A DNA stretch of 64,000 nucleotides from Balanoglossus misakiensis (taxonomy: Eukaryota > Animalia > Hemichordata): contig CM082578.2 of the NCBI GenBank assembly GCA_040954595.2, positions 15,174,998 to 15,238,997 on the forward strand. Direction: 5' to 3'. The notes beneath the pieces are model-generated. The model did not search any database, was not told where the DNA came from, and saw nothing but the letters and a program-made list of their open reading frames with translations. This document shows, one piece after another, positions 14,201 to 26,100 of this stretch; position 1 is the stretch's first letter, and each line of letters begins with the position of its first letter. The translations under genes and the position numbers were made by a program.

Positions 14201-17200
14201 AATTCTCGAACAGACAAAATTATCTGCATCAGCTGTAATTTTAAAAGTTCCAGTATGGTATGAAAGAACTTCACGGTAAAAAGATCAATGTGGGTGCTTT
14301 ACTCAGTTAGAATGTTTGAGACCAAAGTTAAAAGCTACTGAGTTTTGGGATGAGATGATCACAACCACCTGTTGAGCTTCACCAGTGACAGACACAGTTG
14401 TATTTGGAGAAAAAAAACAGCGTCAAAAGACTTCATGGGTGAAAAGGGAAGTTAATAAACAGTCTATTAGTCATTCACAGTGACTACATGTAGATAACAA
14501 ACAGATATCTTAATGAAGTTTTTCAACTATTGCCATAGTTACAAAAGGTCAATCAACCATCATGCTATTGACTTCTCCATTTCAATAAACCTAAGTGTCT
14601 AGTCCAAGGTTTTTTATTTATTTGCCGAAGCTTTAATTTTCATTTCTCTGCACTCACTATTATGTGAGAAGAGACATAGAATTAGAATTAATAAATGAGA
14701 ATTTGATGAAAAGATTAATAATATGTGTATCTATAGACAAACAATATTAAATTACAAATTTAATGGGGAACAAAATTAGCTGATAAAATTGATACAATCA
14801 ATCTGGCCTCAAATAAATGTTTAATTGCTTTTTACCAGTACCGTGGAAACATTGTCATCCCTCGTCATGAATAATGTATCAGTCTTTTCCGAAAGACTTA
14901 TTTGTTGCTTCAGTACACTTTCTTTAGACAAGGCTTAAAAAAAGTGAAACCTTCATGAATCATTCATGACTTTGTTTAATGTGACTGCCCTGAAGAAATC
15001 AATACAGCACATCCCTGCTTTGAAGTTTGAGTTGAGCAATAACATCGACCCCCTGGGGGTACAACCTCCTGTAAATGTGATTGTGTTCCAACTGTCGGCA
15101 TCTTTTCCTCATACGGCTCGGTGAAAAAACAATGGTGGTTCCAGACTGAAGCCACATACATGTACTATTAGATTATAATGAAGGCCATGTTGACTGAAAG
15201 CTCTAGGTATTCTTGTACTTACGATTGTTTGACACTGAGTTGTAATCTCTGTTGAGCCCACTCTATAACAGTCTGTCTCTCCAGGTCATCTTTCTCATCA
15301 GGATGGATTATCCAACCTCTGTCTTCAGCCAACTTGGATGACAAGGTGAAATTGATGACTTGTAAATAACTGGGTTGTTCACGCTCTACTCTACTTGTTG
15401 CAGCTATTGAGACAAAGACAGGGTGATAGGGTTTTATTCATCAAAGTTGTGTTATTTTCATTTACATGATTATACCCGTGTTTTGTCAAAACTGATAATG
15501 CCATGAAAAAAATCTGTGATGCAATTAGTTTGAACTAATTTTGATGCAAGAGTGCATGATTCATTCTTTTCCCATAATCCTCATCCTGTGTCCTTAATAT
15601 GTTTGTTGCATGTTTCAGTCTCTCCTTTGTCTCTGTTTTATCTGCCTACATACTTCTTGCTGTCTGCCTGTCTGTCTATCTTTGTATCTCACCTTCTGAT
15701 GCAGTGTCTGTCGCTATTGATATAAGATCAACTTTACGACTGGAACCCCTTCTTCCATCCACCTTACTGTCAGCTAAAATGACAAGAAAGGAAACAATTT
15801 TCTTTAAAAATCATCAAATATACAATGAAAAAAGACAATCTTTCAAGTGAAATATAGAGTTTTGTCTAGTACACATATTACAGAGATGGTCATTGAAACT
15901 TCATGGTAGCAAAGCTGCTCAAATATTGTCACTGTAAACTAGATTGAAGACTCGCATGATGTATTAGTTTGCAAAATGGGGGACGTAAACAAGTTGATTG
16001 TAGAACAAAACAAAACAAAGCTCCTTTGTGATGTCAAGGTTTGCCCAGCATGCGTGGTTGCATCTTTGAAAGGGCCTGAGGGTAACTGAAATAGTTCGTA
16101 ACCTGTTTTGTACATGTACTTTTTGGACCTCCGATGTTTATTACACAGAGATCACCTCAAAGGCAGGGCACAGTACAGAAAATAATGGCCTTTTGTAGTA
16201 AAAGACAGAAATATTGGCCTCATGCTGTTGTGATTGTGAATAAACAGACTTGGAAAGTGACACCAGAGTACTCGTAGACGAAAGTTATTTACACAATGGT
16301 GAATTCCGCTACCTGGGCATTGATTTCAAGTCTGTGTTCACATCAAATTCCTCCTGAAAAAGATCAATACTCTGAACAAAGGCAGCAACAGGCCATGTAC
16401 ATGCCCCAGTATTTAGAGGCAGTGTGTTTGAAAAGCTTTTCTGTTAAAGTTCGCTTTTGTATAAACGCGTAATATCACATGTACATGCATTCCTATCTTC
16501 CTAAGTCATTTACAACATTCAGCACGAAGTCAGAAGATGATTTGTGCTCATATACAAATTTGATAGACAGTTTCATTTGTATAATTTTAGTTTTCCCACA
16601 AAGAATTCAATAAGATCATTTCAATCAAAGTTGAACATGTTTCATTGTCATGGTGATAGACCTGATCCATTACCAGTGTGCCAACATCTACATTTGACCT
16701 TATCTTGACCTGGGATTAATGTTGCCCTTATATACTCTACTTGAAAGCACCAAAAGAGCTTTTTTACAAGGTAAATTCTCCTGTATGTATTGGCACTAAT
16801 AAATTATCACACTTCTAAGAATAAAATGTGTTAAAAAAATAATGCACAGTGCAATTCTGAAATGCAGTGACTCTAGCACATTTTACTGGTCTGCAGAATT
16901 TCAGAAGACAGACTGAATTAAACACAATTTACAGCAAATGTACTGTATTCAACACACAATATGTCAAAATGAAAAATGGCATCTACTTTTTTAATATTGT
17001 ACCATACAAGTGTAATTTCCGATGACTTCTGGTTGGAAATATCATTTTTCTGATTTCACCAATAATGGGATGTAGAATTCATGATTGTTCGTTAAATCAA
17101 CATATATTCCTTAATTAGTATTATGTATACATACATTTATTTAAATCACCAATTTAACTGCATTTATTTTACTGTCACCATGGCGATTCGCAAATACACA

Positions 17201-20200
17201 CCAAAGTGCAGGATATCATTACGGTCTGTTAAATTAAGAAAATTCCATTTTCTCCATCACGTACAGATGTAGACTGTGTTTTAATAAATTACTGCCAAAT
17301 CAAATTCACCATATCTATGGTGTTTTTTTTGATGAAATGTAATTTTTCACAGCTGTTTCACAGCTCAAAAACTCAATTTCTCATTGTTAGCTTTGCAAGC
17401 AGTACAAATAGCAACCTGTTATTATCATGGCTCAGGTAAATAATGAAACCCCTATTGAGAAAATGTCACATGTTTGACAGAAAAACAGATGCAATTTACG
17501 TCTATGACCATATTGCTCTCATTGATTGAGTCACGCACATTTATTCAGTGAAATGGACAATGTGCATTCACTGAAAGTGCATGTACATTTCAGAAATGCA
17601 TTCTAAGAATATAACTTTCTAATAAAATCAATCAAGTATACAACAGTAACTGGGGAAAATGGACTTGGGTAAAAAAGCAGGAATGTATAGCGTTTGTTAA
17701 CACTACAGTGGTTTCACAGTATTGTAAGCACACACTGTTTTTATGAGTATGGCTAATACTTTTATTGGATGAATGCAGAATTGTATTTTGCATGATTCAC
17801 ACTGTTTTTATTTTCGAAAACCAAGAGATGAAATTTTAATCTGTGCTCACATATATTCTTGAAGCAAATTTTGATTTCAACACATTTTCATAATATTGCC
17901 ATGAAAATGGTATAACTTTGTGGGTTTTTCATCAGTACAAAAGGATTTATTTTTGTTTTGTTTTCTAAACCCATAATCACTGTTTTGCATTTGATCAGCC
18001 ATGTCCTCCAGAGTCTGTGGATCAGCATTGGTTATTGTAGTGTCACTGATCTCAAACCAAAGATAAATGGCCATTTAGTATTGTACAGAGATCACAAGGT
18101 GATAAGGTCAAATTGGACATGCAGCACTGAAAGGCCATAGATACCTTGGGTACATTGTTTGTATATGCACACAAACATATACTCAGCAGAGTTTCTAGCA
18201 ATAAATGATTAGATTCAAGGGATGCCCGAGGTCAGTTTATGTTACGACAGGGATTGACATAAAAGTTTATATGCATCCTAGATACGGCTGTTACTTTTAA
18301 AACCATGGTAATGCTATGTGTAATCTTTCTAACAATGTCTGTAGTGTCTCGTGGTGAAGAGTATCTTGTTGATAAGGAAGTTGACATCAGTTTACAATTT
18401 TGCCTGTAGCTATAAACTACAGTGCGTAGAATACTGGTATTTGCGCAAGACCCTATGTACATGTGACCCAATCTGACACCATACTGTGAATGTCTCCCGG
18501 CTTTCATGGCAATTCACCTCAGCGGCCATTATTCCGCGCAGTCAATGCATATTTTCAGACCCTGTCTTGTTTCCCTAGATTCTTTCTTTCACACCCAGAC
18601 AAAGGTAGATATCCTCTCTAACATGGTCCACACTGTGCCTAAGATTTGACTTTTCATGTACATTGTACATTTCTCTGTATTCTTAGCCGTTCCTACCCAC
18701 AAGTCACTGTATAATGACCTTGGATCTATATAGTTTTTCGTTCTTCATTCTTCAATCTCTTGTTGCTCAGTTCATTTATTTTTCTTTGACATTACCAACA
18801 TTTCTGGTATATTCTTTTCAATACAATTGTCTAGAAATCGCAATTCTCTTGCCTAACCTTTGTAACTGCTTTCTGTGTGAAATGGTTTCTACACTACATA
18901 GGAATACTGGAGAAACGCCCATAATAGTTTGCCTATGTGTGGTTCAAACCTTTGTATTTCCCACACTCTCAAAGACAGTTTTGTCAGTTCTGCCTGAGAG
19001 TGTACATTTGTTTAAGGAAATCAAAACACAAAAGTTAGCATTTTAATTGCAACATACATGTAGGAGCAGAATCACATGTGATCAACTGTTTTTACATCTC
19101 ATTCTCTAGTTATTTCATTTTTGCTAATATGCTCTGACTTTTCACAGTGGTCATATAACAAAAGAATTGCCTATAAACATACACTCATGAAATTAGCTTT
19201 AACAAATATGGACAACCACAAGGACAGATATGGCTGGCCATAACAGACACTGTGCAAATAAAGACATGAATCTAATTTCTGCAAAGCAGGTTGTGTGTTC
19301 TTCCATACACCATCTGATCTCAGAATCACTTTTTCTCCAGACGATATTCAAGCCACATAATTCTTTGTGGATTGATCTCCACTGCTCTTTTGAGTGATGT
19401 TAAATCCTTGCCAACAAATTAAAGGCTGTGCCTATTTGGCTTTGGTATTTGTGATTAAAACATTTGAGCATGTTTATTGACATTGCAGATTATCTACACT
19501 AAAACCACCTGTTGAATGTGGATTCAGAGATATTTGCATTTGTTTTGTTTGCAGCAAACATTTTGCCCACTTCTCTTTGCCTTTGCTGCAAAATGTTTGT
19601 GTTTCCTAGTTTTCAGCAAACCTTTGTCTGAGAAAGGTCTAATGATCCCATTGTTAGGCCTTAAGGTTTATGGCGAGGCTTCCAGTAGATTGAAACATAG
19701 GGAAGACTGCAGCACATCATTTCTCCATGGGCGAAAAACTCACAGACAAAGAGTATTATAATGTGACATTTGACCAGGACTTGAAAATTTCGAAATACCC
19801 AGGATGGTTAGCGATATGTATATAATGTTAAAAATATTAAATATTGCCAACTTTCAGATAATACTCACATATATCAACTCTGTGCATTGACTTGAATCTT
19901 TCTAGTCTTGTTTTGGGTTTCTGAGCAACACTCAACACAGACGACCGACTTTCTCTCCTGTACTGCAAAATTGCAGGTGCCCCATCTTTAATGTCCACCA
20001 TGGTTTTACTTTTCCCCTCCTTCGCTTCGCCATCCTCATCCTCCGCTTTCTTTTTCTTCCTTCTCTTTTTCTCGGCGTCGGCATCTTCGCCCTCCGCCTC
20101 TTTGGCCTCTTTCTCCTTTTCTTTTTCCAATTCGGCCGCCTCTTGTTGATTCATGGCTTTTTCCATGTACGCTTGGCTCTGCCACTCCCGGAATGTATAC

Positions 20201-20730
20201 TGCGCTTCTTGAATCAGCTCTTTCCACCCGCAAAGAAGCAGATTGACAAGTTCCCTCGGAAGATCTAAGTGTTCATTCTCAAATAGGTACAGTATTCTAG
20301 CAAGTTGAATCAAGAGCATAGGCCCCGCAAACGTGGCTTCTTGGAAAAGGTGCTTTTGCGTGAATTCTTCGCCGTCGTTGGAGTTACAATCGAAGAAACT
20401 TGCTCTCAAAAGCGGCAAGCTGAAACTCCCGTCCTTGATATCAGGAAGGAAAAGGTCGCTCCTTCCACCGATACCTCCTTTTAAATCGCGCAGATTGATG
20501 ACTTCGCCTCCTCCTCCCCCTTCAGCACCGAATCGGGGAGTATTTTCGTCAACTTCGCCGTTTTCGGCTGCTTTGGCCCGTGCTCGCTCCTGCTGTCGGA
20601 GAAATGCGGCGATTCTGGGATTGAGATGGGCGAAGCGAAGACTTTGCGGGAGTTCGTCCGGCGTCTTCTTCTGTCGCTTCTGCCTCTTCAAAAGTGACGT
20701 CTGCTCGAGGAAGTAACAAACGGAATTCAT
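8206..20730 (-). CDS. C3orf20: C3orf20-like FAM194-domain protein, multi-exon
   Basis: The first coding exon 19869-20730 contains GPMLLIQLARILYLF...LPRELVNLLLCGWKELI. The FAM194-like core reads DGTTTVY|YPSGRLAMCYS...LIYKDNPEMAMLGLFTPTGNATLY...WEWP...LQLNEQITFRC (12.6-14.1 kb). The C-terminal block reads CKCNRHKIPFVNDIEYDKFL...RTRPC, FRILCYD...LLRRHNAVPGMFL|MYMSGRLMFADHIFNGYG...FLPSDFRF, matching the C3orf20 C-terminus as I recall it. The last exons are about 8710-8904 and 8206-8353 (stop TAA 8206-8208). Confidence 0.85.
10991..11167. mobile_element. Small MITE-like element with 16-18 bp terminal inverted repeats and TA ends
   Basis: tacctaaattatctgaac (10991-11008) versus gttcagataatataggta (11150-11167): 17/18 inverted match. 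It lies in a C3orf20 intron. Confidence 0.5.
13644..13910 (-). other. U12-type (minor spliceosome) GT-AG intron in C3orf20
   Basis: Minus-strand donor GTATCCTTT at 13910, branch site TCCTTAAT at 13662-13655, AG at 13645-13644. Removing the intron joins GTC TA|C TAT CCG TCT GGT (VYYPSG) in frame. Confidence 0.88.
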
Positions 20731-22020
20731 GGTGACGGAACGCGCGATTCGACGTCAATTTGGAACGTGGGCTTGAAGTTGCGATTGGTCGAGGGTGTTC
20801 CCGAATACCTTCTACGATTGCCGTAGCTGTGTGCTGAAATTAGAACAGAATATTTTGTTCGTGTGAATTTGGCTTTGAGACATTCCCATCCAGTTACCGC
20901 AGTCTATCTGAGCATATGAGCTCATTTGACTTGAACCATCGATGTACGCGATTTTTTCCTGGAATTGTATGACATACTAGTCTAGTTGTTCAGCTCAGAC
21001 TATCGATCCGAGCGTGTTGGGATGTAAAAATGTCTGGGTGAAATGTCAAAGTCTATACTAGCGAGTCAAAAGTCTGACAGAGTAATGGGTAGGTTGTGAT
21101 ATTGGCATATGATGCATGGTTTGGAAATGATTCTGCTATGACAACCATTAGCCGGGCGGGTGTATATAATTTGTAGCAAGTTTTTGACAATTAGCCAATA
21201 GTTTATAACGATTAAACGACTACATGTACCTGATAAGTTGTTTCACTTAAAAAAAGTACGCGCACGGCATTCGGTGTTTCTGAGTACAATAACCTTTTAT
21301 TCGACATATGAATGCGATATCTCCCTACTCACTGAACAGGTCAGTTGATATTGCGATAATTTTAAGGCTTACTTCGATTTATAAATTATGAAACAAGTAC
21401 TGCGCTTACACAGGCTGCGAACTCTATTTGAGACCTCACACACCGCAGTTTGACAAACTGTAACAAACTTTGTTCTAATCGATCAACAAACCAACGCGAC
21501 GAGCGTGTACGTGCGTAATCGACCAGATGTGTCACAGCTGCGGTCGAAACTTTAATATACTTTAATATAATGCTATTTAAACCCTATGTAATATTTCTAC
21601 TCTTTCAATTGAATTGTGATTACAGCATTTTATCCCTGCAAGCTCATTTGCAGAATACGTCCCTGCTATTATCGGAGCGGCGTTAGCCACCTGCACAAGT
21701 TTACGCTGCTAAGCACTCCAGTACTGTCGGCTTTCCTGTCGATACCGTTGGCTGATTATTCATACCACAACATGCGGCTAATAATACACTACCACTTACC
21801 TGCCTCAATGCCCCAAATCCTCGGACTTATTGAGAGATTTCTCGACCGGCGATCGCCCGGTCGCTCTACTCGTGGAAGACTCTACCATACTGTTTCATTA
21901 TTATTAGATCCGATTCCATGTCTCTAAGTGGAAATCGCAGCCTGACAACTATAGCTGCTCTCCGCCGCCATATTGAATACTATCGTAACGAGGAGAGGTG
22001 AATATGCAATAGGTGGCCTT

Positions 22021-22033
22021 GTTGCTATGCAAC
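22021..22033. promoter_or_regulatory. RFX X-box in the C3orf20/LRGUK divergent promoter
   Basis: GTTGCTATGCAAC lies in the CpG-rich interval between the two ATGs, about 50 bp beyond a probable minus-strand first exon (donor CAG|gtaagt near 21799). Confidence 0.55.
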
Positions 22034-23134
22034 ATCCTTTGTATGTACACAAATCCCCTCGGCCCCTATGCGGGCGGTGAAGACATTGCACTGTATTCAT
22101 GCTGGACTGAACAACGAGCCACTTAAATTTACGCCACCACAGTCAGCTATTTTAATACACGTTCATTGCACCAGCGCATTTTTCTCGCCACAGATTTAGC
22201 CATTGCTACCAACGTTCACCGCGAATAACAGCGCATTCATGAAACCCTGATCGTGACTGCATTCACAAACAGAACAAAAATGTCTGCGCTGCAACGAAAT
22301 CACGGCATTGCCACAAGCAATCTATGGTCTGACCCGACGAAAGTACGACTACCCTCGCTGCTCTGCGAGGGGGTGTCTCAACGATTTTAAGGAACGAAGG
22401 GAGGTTGATTGGTATTTGAGATGATGATATGTTTGGATTTATTTTTCGATTTCCCTAGTGCTTTTATTTTCTCTGAATAAAAACACGGGCACGAGAAGAA
22501 GAGATGACAAGTGTTAACAGGATTATTTATGTAGATACAGAAGTTCACACTTTCCCTGGGATCGCCAATCTAGTGTTTGACAGTGTTTGAATCAATGTCT
22601 TTTTTGTGGAAACCCACACAAAGACGTGAACAACAGCGCTGAATATCATTTAAAACACTTTCACACCTTCAGTAGGCAATTCGCATGGTTATATATAGTG
22701 TACAGCCTGAATATTGCATATAGGCGAGCTCAAAATCGGGTACTGACTAAGATCATAATTATAGACTCTCGAAGTCACCCACGTTTGTTCACCCAAAATG
22801 CAGGCTTAGATATATCACGCTCACGTCGCTGGAGTGACCGTGTTTAGATCTCAAAATTGCAAAAAGTTGGGTATAACTGCGTACACAATCCGCGCCAACT
22901 GTAGTGAATATGATTGCATCACCGCCAACCAGCTTCTTGTTCAGTAAATATCTTCGATATATCATTATTTCATTAAAAAAAATAACGACAGAACGAACGA
23001 GAGAAATAACGACAGAAACGAAAGGGCCCTCAGAACAGTATGGCAGATGGCGCTCTGACTATTTTTGGTCAGGTCAACGCACTACGGTAATACCCACAAT
23101 ACACCGTTCGTATCCAAGCAATCCACCAAACAAA

Positions 23135-26100
23135 ATGGCGGATGCCCAGGTTATTTCGACACCTCCTCCGAGTCAAAATATACTGCACCCAGACACCCAG
23201 ATTCTGTCATTGAGTGATATCCCGGAGGATTTGTCACCGTCAGTACCCCAGACACCGCAATTTGACGAGAGACCCACACAAAGTGCCAATGGATATGCAG
23301 ACGACGCTGCGAGCTCGGAAGAAGATCAGGAGGTAACTATTGCATCTTCGAAATTCGAACGTTTTGTTTACAAAATTATTTTGTACATATCCAATATAAA
23401 AATGTCATCAATTGCCCATGAAATTGTCACATCATGAACCCATTCATGATGTGACGTGTGACAGTCTACGTTGAGGCAACTCAGCAGCTTTAACGACAGA
23501 AAACTTTATCAGTATAACTGTCCCCCATTTCAGTTATCTCCCAATGGCATCCTAGATGAAGACACAGTGGCACATGGATTGTCACAGTTAGGAAGATCAG
23601 CTGATGGTAGCATGCAAGTCTTCCTCCATCTCACTTTACCAGTAAGTTATACATGTATTGCTTTCCTTATATATTCCCACATACATGTACATGTTTCCGT
23701 AAACAAGTCATGCTTGACTTTTAGAAACATTAGTATAAGAAAAGAATATTCATGTCTCTGTTATTCAATGATGAGCGAGAATCAGACATACCATGTAGTA
23801 TGACAGGCATACCATAGTTCTCTCAATGTTTTTGTCGGATAGTTTTAGACAGACCTGTATTCACTCGATGAAAATACATTTTGTTTTGTTCACAGGGTTA
23901 TAATTTACTTGACATTGGACTCCTACAAGAATATAACCACTTGCAAAAAGTTGAAATTCCTTATAATCACATAAGTGGTAAGTAAAGTAAATGGTGTGGT
24001 GTGTTTGGTAACTAAATTGTTCTGGATAAATTATGTCTCTTTGCAAAATGTTAAAACAAATTAAGTTGAATTTGACCTACATGTATGATCTAACTGATGT
24101 TAATGTTTGATTTCATTCTGACAGATCTAAGACCTTTGAGTTTCATGCCGTATCTGATTGAACTGGATGCATCTCATAATGACATCACAGAACTGCTAGA
24201 TTTTGAACCACCCTTTAATCTCAAGGTAAATGAATGCCATTTGTGTTAGACCTCTTAGTGTGGTTAAAAACTACCTATACTGAACACATAAATGGTGTAG
24301 CTGAACTTTCAACATGTCTTACCCGGTAACTTTTTGAAAGCAAAAATAAAGTGATTACAGTGTCAATACATGTTTTGTAACATTATTCATATAACGGTAC
24401 TTGTACAATTACTACTGTCTTCAAATCATAAACAAATTCAATACAATATCATCTCATGCTTTCTTTGTTTTGTTTTTCCCCAGGAGGTTGATTTATCCTA
24501 TAACAAAATAGAAGAGATGACAGATCTGTCTCCTCACCATGCTCTCACAAAGTTGATCTTAGACAGTATCCTTTGATTCAACTCTTCAATGAGTACAGAT
24601 CACTGAATGGCAGAAAATATTTGTTGATATTCTCTTGCAACCTCTCCAGTGGAAAGAGTGTGATTAAAAGGCAAAATATGTTCATATTTTACTGCTCTAC
24701 ATTCAAAGAATAAATGTTGTGAAAAACTTTTTCACATCTGTGATGACCTCATAGCAGTTGAAAGCAAAGTGTGGTGTAATGATGCAAAAAATGATATTGT
24801 TATATATGTAGCCCTTAACTTTTGATTCACAAGACAACAAAATTGGTGAGATAAAAGGCCTGTCTCAATGTCATAGGTTGAACCATCTTAGTCTGGCACA
24901 CAACAGTCTGAAACAAATATCTGACCTGGAGAACTTACCTATAAAATGTTTAAATCTGGTAAGTGATCATCAAAAATTTTGCATCATTATAAAATAAATG
25001 CTGCTTGCATATTGTTAAGTCTGTGGTACACTGATTCTTAAAACAATATCTGCATGTATCATACCAAAAAAGTTATTTTGTTCTCAAAATGATTGTCATA
25101 TTTGAAGACGTATGCTTTTTATGGGGGATATTAATTTTGCTAGTACATTGTATTAAAACTTTGTATTTCCAAACATTTCAGCGTGGTAATGAGATCCAGG
25201 TAATAGAGAACCTTGAAACACTGGATAAACTCCAATATTTGAATCTATCTGGGAATTGCCTCAGAAGTATGAGCGGCCTGCAGGACCATGATGTGCTGGA
25301 AATTATTGACTTGGAAGATAATGAGGTTGGTATTGCATCTGAACAAGTTGTGATAAAAAGAAGAATTAATTGAGCATTCAGATAAAATGCGGCTGTTGCA
25401 TAATGGGCATCTAATATATTACATGATGGAACAAGAAGCCCAGGGAAATAATATACTAAAACCTCTGCTATTGTCTCCTTTGGTTCTGTAGATAGAAGAC
25501 ATTACAGAAGTCAAGTACATCCGGGATCTGCTGTCTCTTCGAGATTTGAATCTGCTGAGAAATCCCATCCAAGAACTGGATGACTACAGAGTGTCTCTGC
25601 TCTACAGACTTCAACAGTTGACGCAGTTAGATAGGAGAAGAGTGGAAGTAGATGAGAAGGTGAGAGAGTCAAAGAAATCTAGCACTTTGTGTTGAAACTA
25701 GAAAACATTGTATAAAGATAATTAGCAACCAATTATAACTCAGTTGCCCAGATGTGCTACTGACTTTGTTCCTTTGCATGCCATATGAAAAACCTACATT
25801 GAAATTTGTGTGGTATTTTCACCAGGTGATGGCTATGAACACATTCAATCCACCAATGAAGGTTGTTGCAGCCAGGAATCACATCAAACAAGTTGTCAGT
25901 TCTCTTCTCCAACCAGCATCCATCTATGACAGGTGTGTAACTTCATACAGTGTCATAAAAACTAACAGATTATTGTATTCGTCCTTTATGGTTTTCAGCT
26001 ATAAGTTCAGTGACTTTATTTCTATCTTTTCACCACATGTTTCTTCACAGTACATTGCCAAGTATTGAGACTCCATATCCAATGCTTGTGTTGGTTGGAC

